A DNA stretch of 64,000 nt, from the IMG/VR virus record IMGVR_UViG_3300023174_000045, positions 1 to 64,000 of that record, one strand, 5' to 3'. Positions 1 to 8,702 of this stretch are shown here, one piece after another. The position numbers were made by a program, and so were the translations under genes. Below the pieces are notes generated by a model, which had not been told where the DNA came from, searched no databases, and saw only the letters and a list, made by a program, of their open reading frames with translations. Position 1 is the stretch's first letter; each line of letters begins with the position of its first letter.

Positions 1-2
1 TG

Positions 3-218
3 CAGCCCGACTCGATACCCAGGATGGCTGCTTTTATATCAATTATTAGACCGGGCAAAGCACACTTGCAAAGGAAGCCCTGGTCAGAAGTGTTTGCTAG
101 TGTATGGGATGGGGATGAATCGCGTGGATATACATTTAAAAAGTCACACGCTGTGAGTTATGCGGCCTTGGTGGCCCTGCACATGAACTTGCTTAATCAA
201 GCCGGCGTACAAGTGTAA
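3..218 (+). CDS. C-terminal part of a small DNA polymerase III alpha (DnaE)-like protein, 5' truncated by window edge
   Basis: Frame is open to the window edge (QPDSIPRMAAFISIIRPGK...). YTFKKSHAVSY resembles the DnaE F-N/K-K-S-H-A-x-x-Y motif. Confidence 0.6.
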   Translation, partial: QPDSIPRMAAFISIIRPGKAHLQRKPWSEVFASVWDGDESRGYTFKKSHAVSYAALVALHMNLLNQAGVQV

Positions 219-570
219 TTGATTTGCGCTTGCTCTTTTTGCGGGCAATATCTATTAGGCTGCACACAGGCCCATGCAAAATTTCTAAATCTTTGTTGCT
301 GAATGTGCGTAGTGTAAATTTGAATTGATCCCATTCTCCACGCAAGAATATGTTGATGGGTATGCTGCGATTGCTTTCCCACCACCAGGTGTTGGCAAGC
401 TCTAAAAATTCCAGTTTATCTTGTTGTGCAAGCACAGCACCAAAGTCGTAGATGGTTGTAACAGCATCGTCTCTATTTTGCACCACACCCACATACTCTT
501 GACTGGCGTACACGCACAGAGTTATAAAGGGATATTTTTCCGCCAATTTTTCAAAGATGTTATTACCCAT
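193..570 (-). CDS. hypothetical phage protein
   Basis: 125-aa ORF with protein-like composition, convergent with the DnaE-like gene. Confidence 0.7.
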   Translation of the reverse strand: MGNNIFEKLAEKYPFITLCVYASQEYVGVVQNRDDAVTTIYDFGAVLAQQDKLEFLELANTWWWESNRSIPINIFLRGEWDQFKFTLRTFSNKDLEILHGPVCSLIDIARKKSKRKSITLVRRLD

Positions 571-590
571 AAATACGTTTTGAGGATCCT

Positions 591-1670
591 ATGTATTCAA
601 CCACCATTTACTTATATCAACAAATCATTCGGGTATTATTGATTGACACCAGTGGTGGATACTTTACTGCGAGGTATGACCCAGTGTATGCAAAAACTTT
701 AACTGTTAACAAAGGCGTGGACAACGTGCTGTTGTTTGAGTTCATCAACCAAGATGAAAAACCTGTGAATATTACAGGCAGCAACTTTAAATTTAGACTG
801 CTAAACCAAGCAGGTGACAGATTGTTGATCGAAAAAGACATGATTGTACTTAGCGCCGCTTTGGGCCGAGTCAAAGTTGTGCTGGACACAGCTGATACCA
901 TCAATATTCTTGCACAACCCGGCAGCTACAGCATACAACGCACAGCCGGCAACTATGTGCAGGCAGCATTTACAGATGCCAACTCAGGTGCCAGAGCTGA
1001 CTGCAACATTGTGGACAGCATATTGCCCGAATTCATGGCCAGCCAACCTGTGACAATTCCCACAATAAATGGCAAAAATTCTTGGCCACAGCCAGGCCCA
1101 CAATCATGGCCAGACTGGGCACTGCAACCACAACCACAGTCACGCAACTATTTGACTGAGTACTATTCCAGCCACATCAACACCACTGGATCAAGCCTGA
1201 CCACCATCAAGTATGACCTGGTACACTATACAGGCACAGTCAAAGTGCAGGCTGCACAAGACTACGAAGCACTTTGGGTGGATGTCACAGAAAGTCGCGA
1301 ATACTTTGACGAAACCAGCACTCAGTATATCAATGTTGTGGGATTCCATCCCCTGCTGAGATTGGGACTGAATAACAGCCAAGGCTATGGTGCATCAGCA
1401 ACTGCCACTGTGGTTGATGGTGTGGTCACCAGTGTGTCAATTACCAATGCAGGCACAGGTTACATGGCTGCACCTTGTGTGCAATTATTGGGCAATGGTG
1501 CTGGTGCCACAGCCGTTGGTGAACCATTTGTCGGTCCCAGTGGTATTGGTGCTATTACTGTGACCAATGGTGGATCTGGATACTTGCCACTAAACTTTGG
1601 TGGCACAGAGAACCAAGCAGTCACAGTGTTGATCACAACTGGTTACGTTACCAATATCTTTTATCGTTAA
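591..1670 (+). CDS. putative virion structural protein (Ig/beta-rich, C-terminal GxGY repeat domain)
   Basis: TAAATA at 570-575 upstream. SITNAGTGY/VTNGGSGY repeats are typical of phage tail/baseplate proteins. Confidence 0.6.
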   Translation: MYSTTIYLYQQIIRVLLIDTSGGYFTARYDPVYAKTLTVNKGVDNVLLFEFINQDEKPVNITGSNFKFRLLNQAGDRLLIEKDMIVLSAALGRVKVVLDTADTINILAQPGSYSIQRTAGNYVQAAFTDANSGARADCNIVDSILPEFMASQPVTIPTINGKNSWPQPGPQSWPDWALQPQPQSRNYLTEYYSSHINTTGSSLTTIKYDLVHYTGTVKVQAAQDYEALWVDVTESREYFDETSTQYINVVGFHPLLRLGLNNSQGYGASATATVVDGVVTSVSITNAGTGYMAAPCVQLLGNGAGATAVGEPFVGPSGIGAITVTNGGSGYLPLNFGGTENQAVTVLITTGYVTNIFYR

Positions 1671-1673
1671 GCA

Positions 1674-1702
1674 TTGCATTTGCGTGACAAATCTGTTACA
1701 CT
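1674..1702 (+). promoter_or_regulatory. sigma70-type promoter for primase (leaderless)
   Basis: TTGCAT-N17-TACACT; ATG 6 nt after -10. Confidence 0.7.
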
Positions 1703-1708
1703 GTACAG

Positions 1709-2695
1709 ATGCTTGACATCCTTGCTTACCTACCTGCAAAAAAGAAACCCACACCTTCGGGTTGGTTGAGTTTCAATGCGGTATGCTGTCAACACAATGG
1801 CAGCACACGAGACACACGTGGCCGTGGTGGACTCAAAGCCAGTGAAGCTGGTTGGAGTTATCACTGTTTCAATTGCAGTTACACAGCCAGTTTTATCCTA
1901 GGTCGTACTGTAAGTTACAAAGCTCGAAAACTATTAGGTTGGATGGGTGTTCCAGAAGCCGAAATAGAAATGTTGAATCTAGAAAGCCTGCGGCATCGTA
2001 GCATACATGGCATCTTGGAAGATCGACAACAAACATGGAATATACTAAATGATATTTCTTTTGAAGAACGAGACTTGCCACCATATGCTGAGTTGTTGAT
2101 GCCCGAGCATGAAACATATTGGGAATACGTGCGTAGAAGACATATACCCGAAGACTTTCCTGCCATGGTGCAGATAGAAAATGACGGGGTACATTGGATT
2201 AGACCGCACGTGGTAATACCATTCACACACAATGACAAGATTGTGGGATATACCTGTAGATTTTTAGATAACCGGCAGCCCAAGTTCATCAGCGACAGTC
2301 AACCAGGATATGTGTTTGGCATAGACTTGCAACACTCAGACTGGCAGCACATGATAGTTGTGGAAGGCATATTCGATGCTCTCAGTATTGGTGGTGTGGC
2401 TGTGATGCACAACACTGTCAGCGATGCACAAGCTAGATTGATACGCAGTCTTGGTCGAGAAATAACTGTAGTACCAGACCAAGATCGGGCAGGCGTTGAA
2501 TTAATTGACCGAGCGGTGGAACTGGGCTGGGCAGTGAGCATACCAGACTGGCCTGAAGGCTGCAAAGATGTCAACGATGCTGTGATAAAGTTGGGACGAT
2601 TGGCCACCTTGCTAACTATAATGCAATCAAGAGAGACCAGTAAAATCAAAATAGAGTTAAGGAAGAAAGCACTTGTTAAAAGAATACGGACTTGA
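1709..2695 (+). CDS. DNA primase (T4 gp61/DnaG-like)
   Basis: N-terminal Zn-binding Cys motifs (CC...HCFNC), TOPRIM motifs VEGIFD and PDQD, adjacent to helicase. Confidence 0.9.
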   Translation: MLDILAYLPAKKKPTPSGWLSFNAVCCQHNGSTRDTRGRGGLKASEAGWSYHCFNCSYTASFILGRTVSYKARKLLGWMGVPEAEIEMLNLESLRHRSIHGILEDRQQTWNILNDISFEERDLPPYAELLMPEHETYWEYVRRRHIPEDFPAMVQIENDGVHWIRPHVVIPFTHNDKIVGYTCRFLDNRQPKFISDSQPGYVFGIDLQHSDWQHMIVVEGIFDALSIGGVAVMHNTVSDAQARLIRSLGREITVVPDQDRAGVELIDRAVELGWAVSIPDWPEGCKDVNDAVIKLGRLATLLTIMQSRETSKIKIELRKKALVKRIRT

Positions 2696-4091
2696 CGTTC
2701 AACGATTATTTTTAGAAATGATGTTGGAAGACGCACAAAGCTACGTGCGTGTGCAGAACATCTACAACCCGCAGAACTTTGACAAGAGTTTGCGATCAGC
2801 GGCTGAGTTCATCAAAGAACATTCTGACAAGCACAAGACCTTGCCTGACCGTATGCAAATTAGTGCCACCACAGGCATAAAATTACAAGCGGTGCCCGAC
2901 TTGAACGAAGGTCACTTTGACTGGTTCATGGGCGAGTTTGAACAGTTTACCAAACGACAAGAACTTGAACGTGCTATTTTAAAAGCCGCAGACATGCTGG
3001 AAAAGGGTGACTTTGAACCCGTAGAAAAGTTAATTAAAGATGCTGTGCAAATATCATTGACCAAAGACATGGGCACAGATTACTTTGCTGATCCCAAGGC
3101 ACGTATTGAAAAATACTTTAACTCAGGTGGACAAGTATCAACAGGCTGGCCACAGCTGGACAGATTGTTGTATGGTGGATTCAGTCGCGGTGAACTCAAC
3201 ATCTTTGCTGGTGGATCAGGGTCGGGTAAGTCACTGGTTATGATGAACATTGCCTTGAACTGGCTGCAACAGGGCTTGAGCGGTGTATACATTACGCTGG
3301 AGTTGAGTGAAGAACTCACAAGTTTGCGTACAGATGCCATGCTCACAAACATGAGCACAAAAGATATTCGCAAGGACATTGACACCACAGAACTCAAAGT
3401 CAAATTGGTGGCCAAGAAGAGCGGCAACTATCAAGTCAAAGGCTTGCCAGCACAAAGCAACATCAACGACATACGTGCATACTTGAAAGAGTATCAAATA
3501 CAAACAGGCAAGCGTGTGGATTTTGTGATGATTGATTATTTGGACTTGTTGATGCCGGTCAGTGCAAAAGTTTCACCCAATGATTTGTTTGTCAAAGACA
3601 AGTATGTGAGTGAAGAACTTCGCAACTTGGCCAAAGAACTGGGATTCTTGATGGTCACAGCATCACAGTTGAACCGAAGTGCTGTGGAAGAAATTGAATT
3701 TGATCACAGTCATATTTCAGGTGGCATATCTAAAATCAACACAGCAGATAACGTGTTTGGTATCTTTACAAGCCGTGCCATGAAAGAGCGTGGCAAGTAT
3801 CAGATACAGTGTATGAAGTCTCGAAGCTCGACCGGCGTTGGTCAAAAAATTGATTTGGAGTACAACATTGAAACCATGCGCATTACTGACGAAGGCGGAG
3901 AAGATGGAGACACTTATTCAAAGAAACCATCTGCATCAATCATGGACTCAATCAAAGCCCGCAGCCAAGTTAGCCCGGCTAGTGATGACGCAAACAGCCC
4001 TCCATGGGACAGTGCGGAACCTGCCAAAGTCACAGCAGATGTTCAAAGCGCCAAACTAAAACAACTGCTGGGCAAGATCAAAACTGGATAA
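2673..4091 (+). CDS. replicative DNA helicase (T4 gp41/DnaB family)
   Basis: Walker A GGSGSGKS, YITLE, Walker B IDYLD, TASQLNR. Confidence 0.93.
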   Translation: MLKEYGLDVQRLFLEMMLEDAQSYVRVQNIYNPQNFDKSLRSAAEFIKEHSDKHKTLPDRMQISATTGIKLQAVPDLNEGHFDWFMGEFEQFTKRQELERAILKAADMLEKGDFEPVEKLIKDAVQISLTKDMGTDYFADPKARIEKYFNSGGQVSTGWPQLDRLLYGGFSRGELNIFAGGSGSGKSLVMMNIALNWLQQGLSGVYITLELSEELTSLRTDAMLTNMSTKDIRKDIDTTELKVKLVAKKSGNYQVKGLPAQSNINDIRAYLKEYQIQTGKRVDFVMIDYLDLLMPVSAKVSPNDLFVKDKYVSEELRNLAKELGFLMVTASQLNRSAVEEIEFDHSHISGGISKINTADNVFGIFTSRAMKERGKYQIQCMKSRSSTGVGQKIDLEYNIETMRITDEGGEDGDTYSKKPSASIMDSIKARSQVSPASDDANSPPWDSAEPAKVTADVQSAKLKQLLGKIKTG

Positions 4092-5083
4092 TGAATAATT
4101 GTATTGATGCTTTTAAAAGTTTAAATGTTGTAGACTACAACGGTTCTATTCTTGTATCACCTTGTTGTATATCTCCGCCAGTTGAATTTAAAAAAACGAT
4201 AGATTTTAAAAATGTTCAATATTTAAAAAACATTAGAGATTCATGGAGCGAGGGAATTTCTCCTGAACCATGCAGTGCCTGTAAATCGGCCGAGTCCACA
4301 GGGATCAGCAGTCGTCGATTAGGTGCCAACCAATGGTATCAAGACAACGGATATGACAATAACGATGTTGAATTAGTGCGATTTGATTATTGGGTTGGTG
4401 ACACATGTAATTTACGTTGCACAATATGTTTGCCTGAATTCAGCAGTGCTTGGAAACAAGAATTAGGTGTTTCGCCTAAACTTAAGAAATCTGTTGTAAA
4501 TCATTTTTGGGAAACAATGGATTTATCAACATTAAAATGGGTGCATTTCAATGGTGGCGAACCGTTGTTGAGTAAAACGCATGTGGAATTTTTACAAGCT
4601 CTGCCCAGCAAACATCAGATACACATCAATTACAATACCAATGCAACCATACTGCCAGATCAAACATTGTTAGATCTGTGGCAGCAGTTTAAATTGGTAC
4701 AACTGGATTTTAGTATCGACGATGTTGAACATCGATTTGAATATCAACGATACCCAGCCAATTGGAATCAAGTAACAAATAATTTGCAATGGTACATCGA
4801 TCAAGCCCCACACAACTGTATGTTTGCAGTTAATACATCGGTGGGAATTTTAAATCATGCAAACTTAGACAATTTAAATAAGTGGTTAACACAAAATTTC
4901 TATGTGTCTAGATTTACTGATCCTATAGAACATAGACAACAGTTGACACAAGGAACATTTGCATTGGCTGGTGCTAAACAAAAAACAAAACAAATCAAAC
5001 GATTTTTAGATGCCTGCGACCTACGTCGCGGCACAGACTGGCGTACAACTTTTCCAGAATTAACTTGGATAGATCATGACTAG
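4091..5083 (+). CDS. radical SAM protein with N-terminal SPASM/twitch-like Cys domain
   Basis: CNLRCTIC (CX3CX2C), GGEP motif, N-terminal PCC...CxxC. Start re-assigned to the ATG overlapping the helicase stop. Confidence 0.88.
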   Translation: MNNCIDAFKSLNVVDYNGSILVSPCCISPPVEFKKTIDFKNVQYLKNIRDSWSEGISPEPCSACKSAESTGISSRRLGANQWYQDNGYDNNDVELVRFDYWVGDTCNLRCTICLPEFSSAWKQELGVSPKLKKSVVNHFWETMDLSTLKWVHFNGGEPLLSKTHVEFLQALPSKHQIHINYNTNATILPDQTLLDLWQQFKLVQLDFSIDDVEHRFEYQRYPANWNQVTNNLQWYIDQAPHNCMFAVNTSVGILNHANLDNLNKWLTQNFYVSRFTDPIEHRQQLTQGTFALAGAKQKTKQIKRFLDACDLRRGTDWRTTFPELTWIDHD

Positions 5084-6152
5084 AATTGTTTCAAATTGGC
5101 GAATCAATACAAAAAATACCAAACTTGAACATATTGATCAATTTCAGCCCGGCGATATTTTTTTTGTTCCCGGCTATGTTCCGCCGTTGGTGCTAAAACA
5201 TTGGATACAAGTGTATGGTACCCCAGATTTTATTGTTTGTGATCATGCAGGCGAAGTCAATATAGATGGTTTAAAAATTTATTCAGCGCCGTTGAGGGGG
5301 TTAGCATACGCATTTGAAAAATTTGAAAAATTTAACCAAGTAGATTTGCCAAGAGAAGTAAACACAAAATTTTGTTTTAATTTTTTTATCAACAACAGCA
5401 TGGGACGAACAAACAGGCATGTGTTGCTTAAATTAGTTGAATATTTTAAACTTGAATGCTTTGACTACATTTTAAATGATACTGCAAAGTATCATGACAT
5501 GCAGTATGTAATCAATGAATTAAATGCCATTGCCAATGATAAATTTTCAGCTGACTTTAGGAATAAATTGTTAGCACCAGCAACGCTGGCCACAAAACAC
5601 AACAAAAACTTTTCTCATGATCCATTTGACGAATTGTCATCGTATAAAAGTCATATATGGAAAGATGATGTCGAATTAATTTTTAATAATAGTGCAGTAT
5701 CTTTGGTCAGTGAGTTTTGGTATGGATGGCAATTGGCGTCAGTTTTTAGTGAAAAAACTATACTTGCAATAATGGGGCTGACTTTTCCTATTTTTGTAGG
5801 GGGATACGGACATGCAAATTGTCTCAAACAAGCAGGATTAGATGTATTTGATGATGTGATTGATCACAGTTATCAATATCGTACAACTTTGATAGAACAA
5901 TGCTTTTACGCCTTCAAGGATAATTTGCACATTTTAACTGATTTGCAATTGGCTAAAAATTTGAGAGAGACACATTTAAACCGATTGTTAAAAAATCGAG
6001 ATCTGTTGTACGAACATATTTTGACCAAACATGTTTATAATGTTGTAGATACTTGGCCTGAACCGTTACGATCATCTATTAACTCTTACTGGTACTTTAT
6101 ACAAAATTTGCAAGTTGGCAAAGTTATGAGACAAGATTTTTACGCAGATTAA
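5076..6152 (+). CDS. putative glycosyltransferase-like protein
   Basis: C-terminal SEKT...FPIFVGG...GLDVFDDVIDHSY motif shared with ORF 43330-44565; AT-rich insert. Confidence 0.45.
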   Translation: MTRIVSNWRINTKNTKLEHIDQFQPGDIFFVPGYVPPLVLKHWIQVYGTPDFIVCDHAGEVNIDGLKIYSAPLRGLAYAFEKFEKFNQVDLPREVNTKFCFNFFINNSMGRTNRHVLLKLVEYFKLECFDYILNDTAKYHDMQYVINELNAIANDKFSADFRNKLLAPATLATKHNKNFSHDPFDELSSYKSHIWKDDVELIFNNSAVSLVSEFWYGWQLASVFSEKTILAIMGLTFPIFVGGYGHANCLKQAGLDVFDDVIDHSYQYRTTLIEQCFYAFKDNLHILTDLQLAKNLRETHLNRLLKNRDLLYEHILTKHVYNVVDTWPEPLRSSINSYWYFIQNLQVGKVMRQDFYAD

Positions 6153-7348
6153 GACGCAGTGGTCACAGCAGTCCAGGTAGTTGATCCATTGGTATTGACG
6201 TACATGCGATTGTTTGTTGTGGTTCCATCTGTACGCAAATACAAACTTCCTTGTGCTGCACTCAATGTTGGCGCACCAGATCCAAAGAACACGCCAAGAT
6301 TGGTAGTACTAGAAAATTTGTAACCAGCACCAGCAGTTCCGCCAGCAGGCACAGCAGTTCCGCTTAATATTGCGGCAGTGCCTGCAGACAATACGTTACC
6401 ACCAGTGATGTTGCCCGATACCGATACTGTGGTACCTGTGTGTGTGGTGGCATTGACATTGGCTCCACCTAGAACATTACCACCAGTGATGTTGCCTGTT
6501 GTAGAGAATGAAGAGGCAATCAATGTACCAATGATATTACCGCCAGTGATGTTGCCCGTGGCACTGATCAACCCTGGTGTATGTAAATTACCGCCGGTGA
6601 CATTGCCGGTGACGTTGAGAGCCGAAACAACATTGGAACTCAAACTCAGTCCAGCTGCGTTTAAGTTACCTGCTGTGATATTACCAGTATAGCTGAGGTT
6701 GCCAGAAGTAGAAACATTTCCGGCCACAGACAAATTGCCCAACATGGTCACATCATTGGTGTAATAACTCAGAGGACGATTCAAATCAAACATGGTGATA
6801 TTACTGCCGCCAGTGGTGGTCAAAAACCCAAATTCATATGTGCCAGCTTGAGCAAATGTGATCACATTGCTGGAAAAACCTTGAATGCCAGTGATGCCGT
6901 TGCTGACTGCCAAGGGCAAGGCCATGGTGCGTCCAGCTTGGTCCACAGTGATTTGAGTGCGTACCATGCCTGCTGTGCCCGCTGTAGGCCAAGTGTTGGA
7001 ATCAAATCCCAGGCTGATGTTGCCGGCCATGTAAATGCTTTGATAATGCCCTGCATTGCAATCTATGTTGATGGTGCCCGAAGTGTTGGCAATGGCCACT
7101 GTGGTGCCAGAAAATCCGCGGATTTGTGCATTGTAAATTACATTGTTGGCCAAGTTGTTGTCCAATGTAGTACCGGTCAATGCAGCCTTTAACAGGGCTT
7201 TGCTTTGTAGGTCAGTTATTTCATCGGCTGCGTATTGAAAATTTGTTTTTGTATTGGTAAAATTATCACGCATGCCTTGGGTGTTATTGCTCACGCCTGC
7301 AATAGGGTAGTTTCCGTCAATGTCGTTGGGGTTAATCTGGCTGGTCAT
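6149..7348 (-). CDS. tail fibre / tail-associated structural protein
   Basis: Repeated GNITGGN motifs; TAAATA plus SD (AAGGAA) upstream. Confidence 0.7.
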   Translation of the reverse strand: MTSQINPNDIDGNYPIAGVSNNTQGMRDNFTNTKTNFQYAADEITDLQSKALLKAALTGTTLDNNLANNVIYNAQIRGFSGTTVAIANTSGTINIDCNAGHYQSIYMAGNISLGFDSNTWPTAGTAGMVRTQITVDQAGRTMALPLAVSNGITGIQGFSSNVITFAQAGTYEFGFLTTTGGSNITMFDLNRPLSYYTNDVTMLGNLSVAGNVSTSGNLSYTGNITAGNLNAAGLSLSSNVVSALNVTGNVTGGNLHTPGLISATGNITGGNIIGTLIASSFSTTGNITGGNVLGGANVNATTHTGTTVSVSGNITGGNVLSAGTAAILSGTAVPAGGTAGAGYKFSSTTNLGVFFGSGAPTLSAAQGSLYLRTDGTTTNNRMYVNTNGSTTWTAVTTAS

Positions 7349-7417
7349 ACTGGTTCCTTGTATTAGATATTTATTGTAACTGCGTTTCCGCTAAATAATC
7401 CAAAGGCCCTTGAGCAA

Positions 7418-7666
7418 ATGCAAAAGAAGACTAAAAGTATATTAGAAGAACTGGACAGTTTGTACATAGAACGCGATCGCCAGTCGGTGATCGAAACTCG
7501 TGCCAGTAATTTGATTGAAACAGCCATTCGTTTGATGGAACAAATCGACGCTGAGTACAGCCCTGAGCAAGCAGAAAATCTGCAACGCAAACTGCTGAAT
7601 GCTATCAAACATCGTGACACCGGCAAATTCTCAAGGTCTGTAAGGAGAACTCATGCAGATCTTTGA
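7418..7666 (+). CDS. hypothetical protein (head gene region)
   Basis: TAAATA upstream; helical 82-aa ORF coupled to next gene. Confidence 0.7.
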   Translation: MQKKTKSILEELDSLYIERDRQSVIETRASNLIETAIRLMEQIDAEYSPEQAENLQRKLLNAIKHRDTGKFSRSVRRTHADL

Positions 7667-8702
7667 AATCACACAACCTAGAAAAAAATTAGATGAGATA
7701 GACTTTGGTGCTGTCAAAGCACCTGCGGCCCGGGGTGTTGCTGCGGCTGGAGGATTTGCTTCAGCACTGGGCAAGGCCATAACTAATGCACCACTCAAAG
7801 CACTGGGAGCAAAAACTGGCGCTGATTTAGTGCCTGATCCCGATGCGGGCAAAAGCCGCGCATCCGTTGCTGCCAGAATGGATGCAGCAACCAAGGCTGC
7901 CATGCCGGTAATCACTCAACAGGCTGATCAACAACAAAAGATGTGGGCAGCCAGTGTAGCTAACATGATGAAAAAAGCCGGCGTGACCACGATGACCGAG
8001 CTAGATCCTGCTCAACTGCGCGAACCATTGATGAAACAAATTGAGACCATGGGCAAACCTTATGGACTCAGCAACTATAAAAATCTACCCAATGCAGTTG
8101 ACCCAGAAAGTTTTGGCGGTGCAGGCAAAGAAGAAGCCATGAACACAGTCGAAGCCATTGACGCTGCCATTGCGGCAATCCTGAGTCCAGATCCAAAACA
8201 ACAAACCGGTGCTCAAGCAAGAAACAACTGGATCAATTTATCCAAAGAAATTTACGCAGCCGGTCAACAGGCTCAATTTAGAGAGAAAAGTTATGCTTCA
8301 GGTCATGACCTTGCTGCACCTGAAGTTGTGGATGGATTAGCCCAGAGGCTTGACGCTGCTGGGCTGACGGCTGGCAAATTACGCTTGCCATCTGGAGTGG
8401 TTCGCCCCACCGGCGATCCGCGAGTTAACAACTTTTTGTCAGCTCTGGGATTGATTCCCAAAGCAGTCACACCTGCACCTGCGCCAAAGACAGCACCAGT
8501 TGCTGTCCCAGCACCAGTCACAGCTGAAGCGGTTGGTACTGGAATCAATGTGGCAGCGCTGGCACAAAAAGCCGCCAGCGCCAAGCTCACAGCACAAGCA
8601 TTGGGCTTGCCATCAGGCAAAGTGGCGTTGACCAATGATCCCAATATAAATGCTTTGCTTCAGGCAGTTGGCCTTGTTCCAATGCAAGCAGGCGCCAAAT
8701 GA
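7653..8702 (+). CDS. Ala-rich putative internal head protein with duplicated C-terminal module
   Basis: N-terminus MQIFEI...LDE; two copies of an LTAxxLxLPSG...TxDPxxNxxLxAxGL motif. Confidence 0.6.
   Translation: MQIFEITQPRKKLDEIDFGAVKAPAARGVAAAGGFASALGKAITNAPLKALGAKTGADLVPDPDAGKSRASVAARMDAATKAAMPVITQQADQQQKMWAASVANMMKKAGVTTMTELDPAQLREPLMKQIETMGKPYGLSNYKNLPNAVDPESFGGAGKEEAMNTVEAIDAAIAAILSPDPKQQTGAQARNNWINLSKEIYAAGQQAQFREKSYASGHDLAAPEVVDGLAQRLDAAGLTAGKLRLPSGVVRPTGDPRVNNFLSALGLIPKAVTPAPAPKTAPVAVPAPVTAEAVGTGINVAALAQKAASAKLTAQALGLPSGKVALTNDPNINALLQAVGLVPMQAGAK

Noticed and set aside
1684-1701. Pho-box-like repeat GTGTAAC-AGAT-TTGTCAC (minus strand) before primase
   Set aside because: Fully explained as spacer/-10 of a plus-strand sigma70 promoter; lacks the N9-TTTAAATAAT context and has no P-related gene downstream
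6378-6692. Tandem GNITGGN nucleotide repeats as CRISPR/DGR-like repeats
   Set aside because: In-frame protein repeats typical of phage fibre proteins; no spacers, no reverse transcriptase
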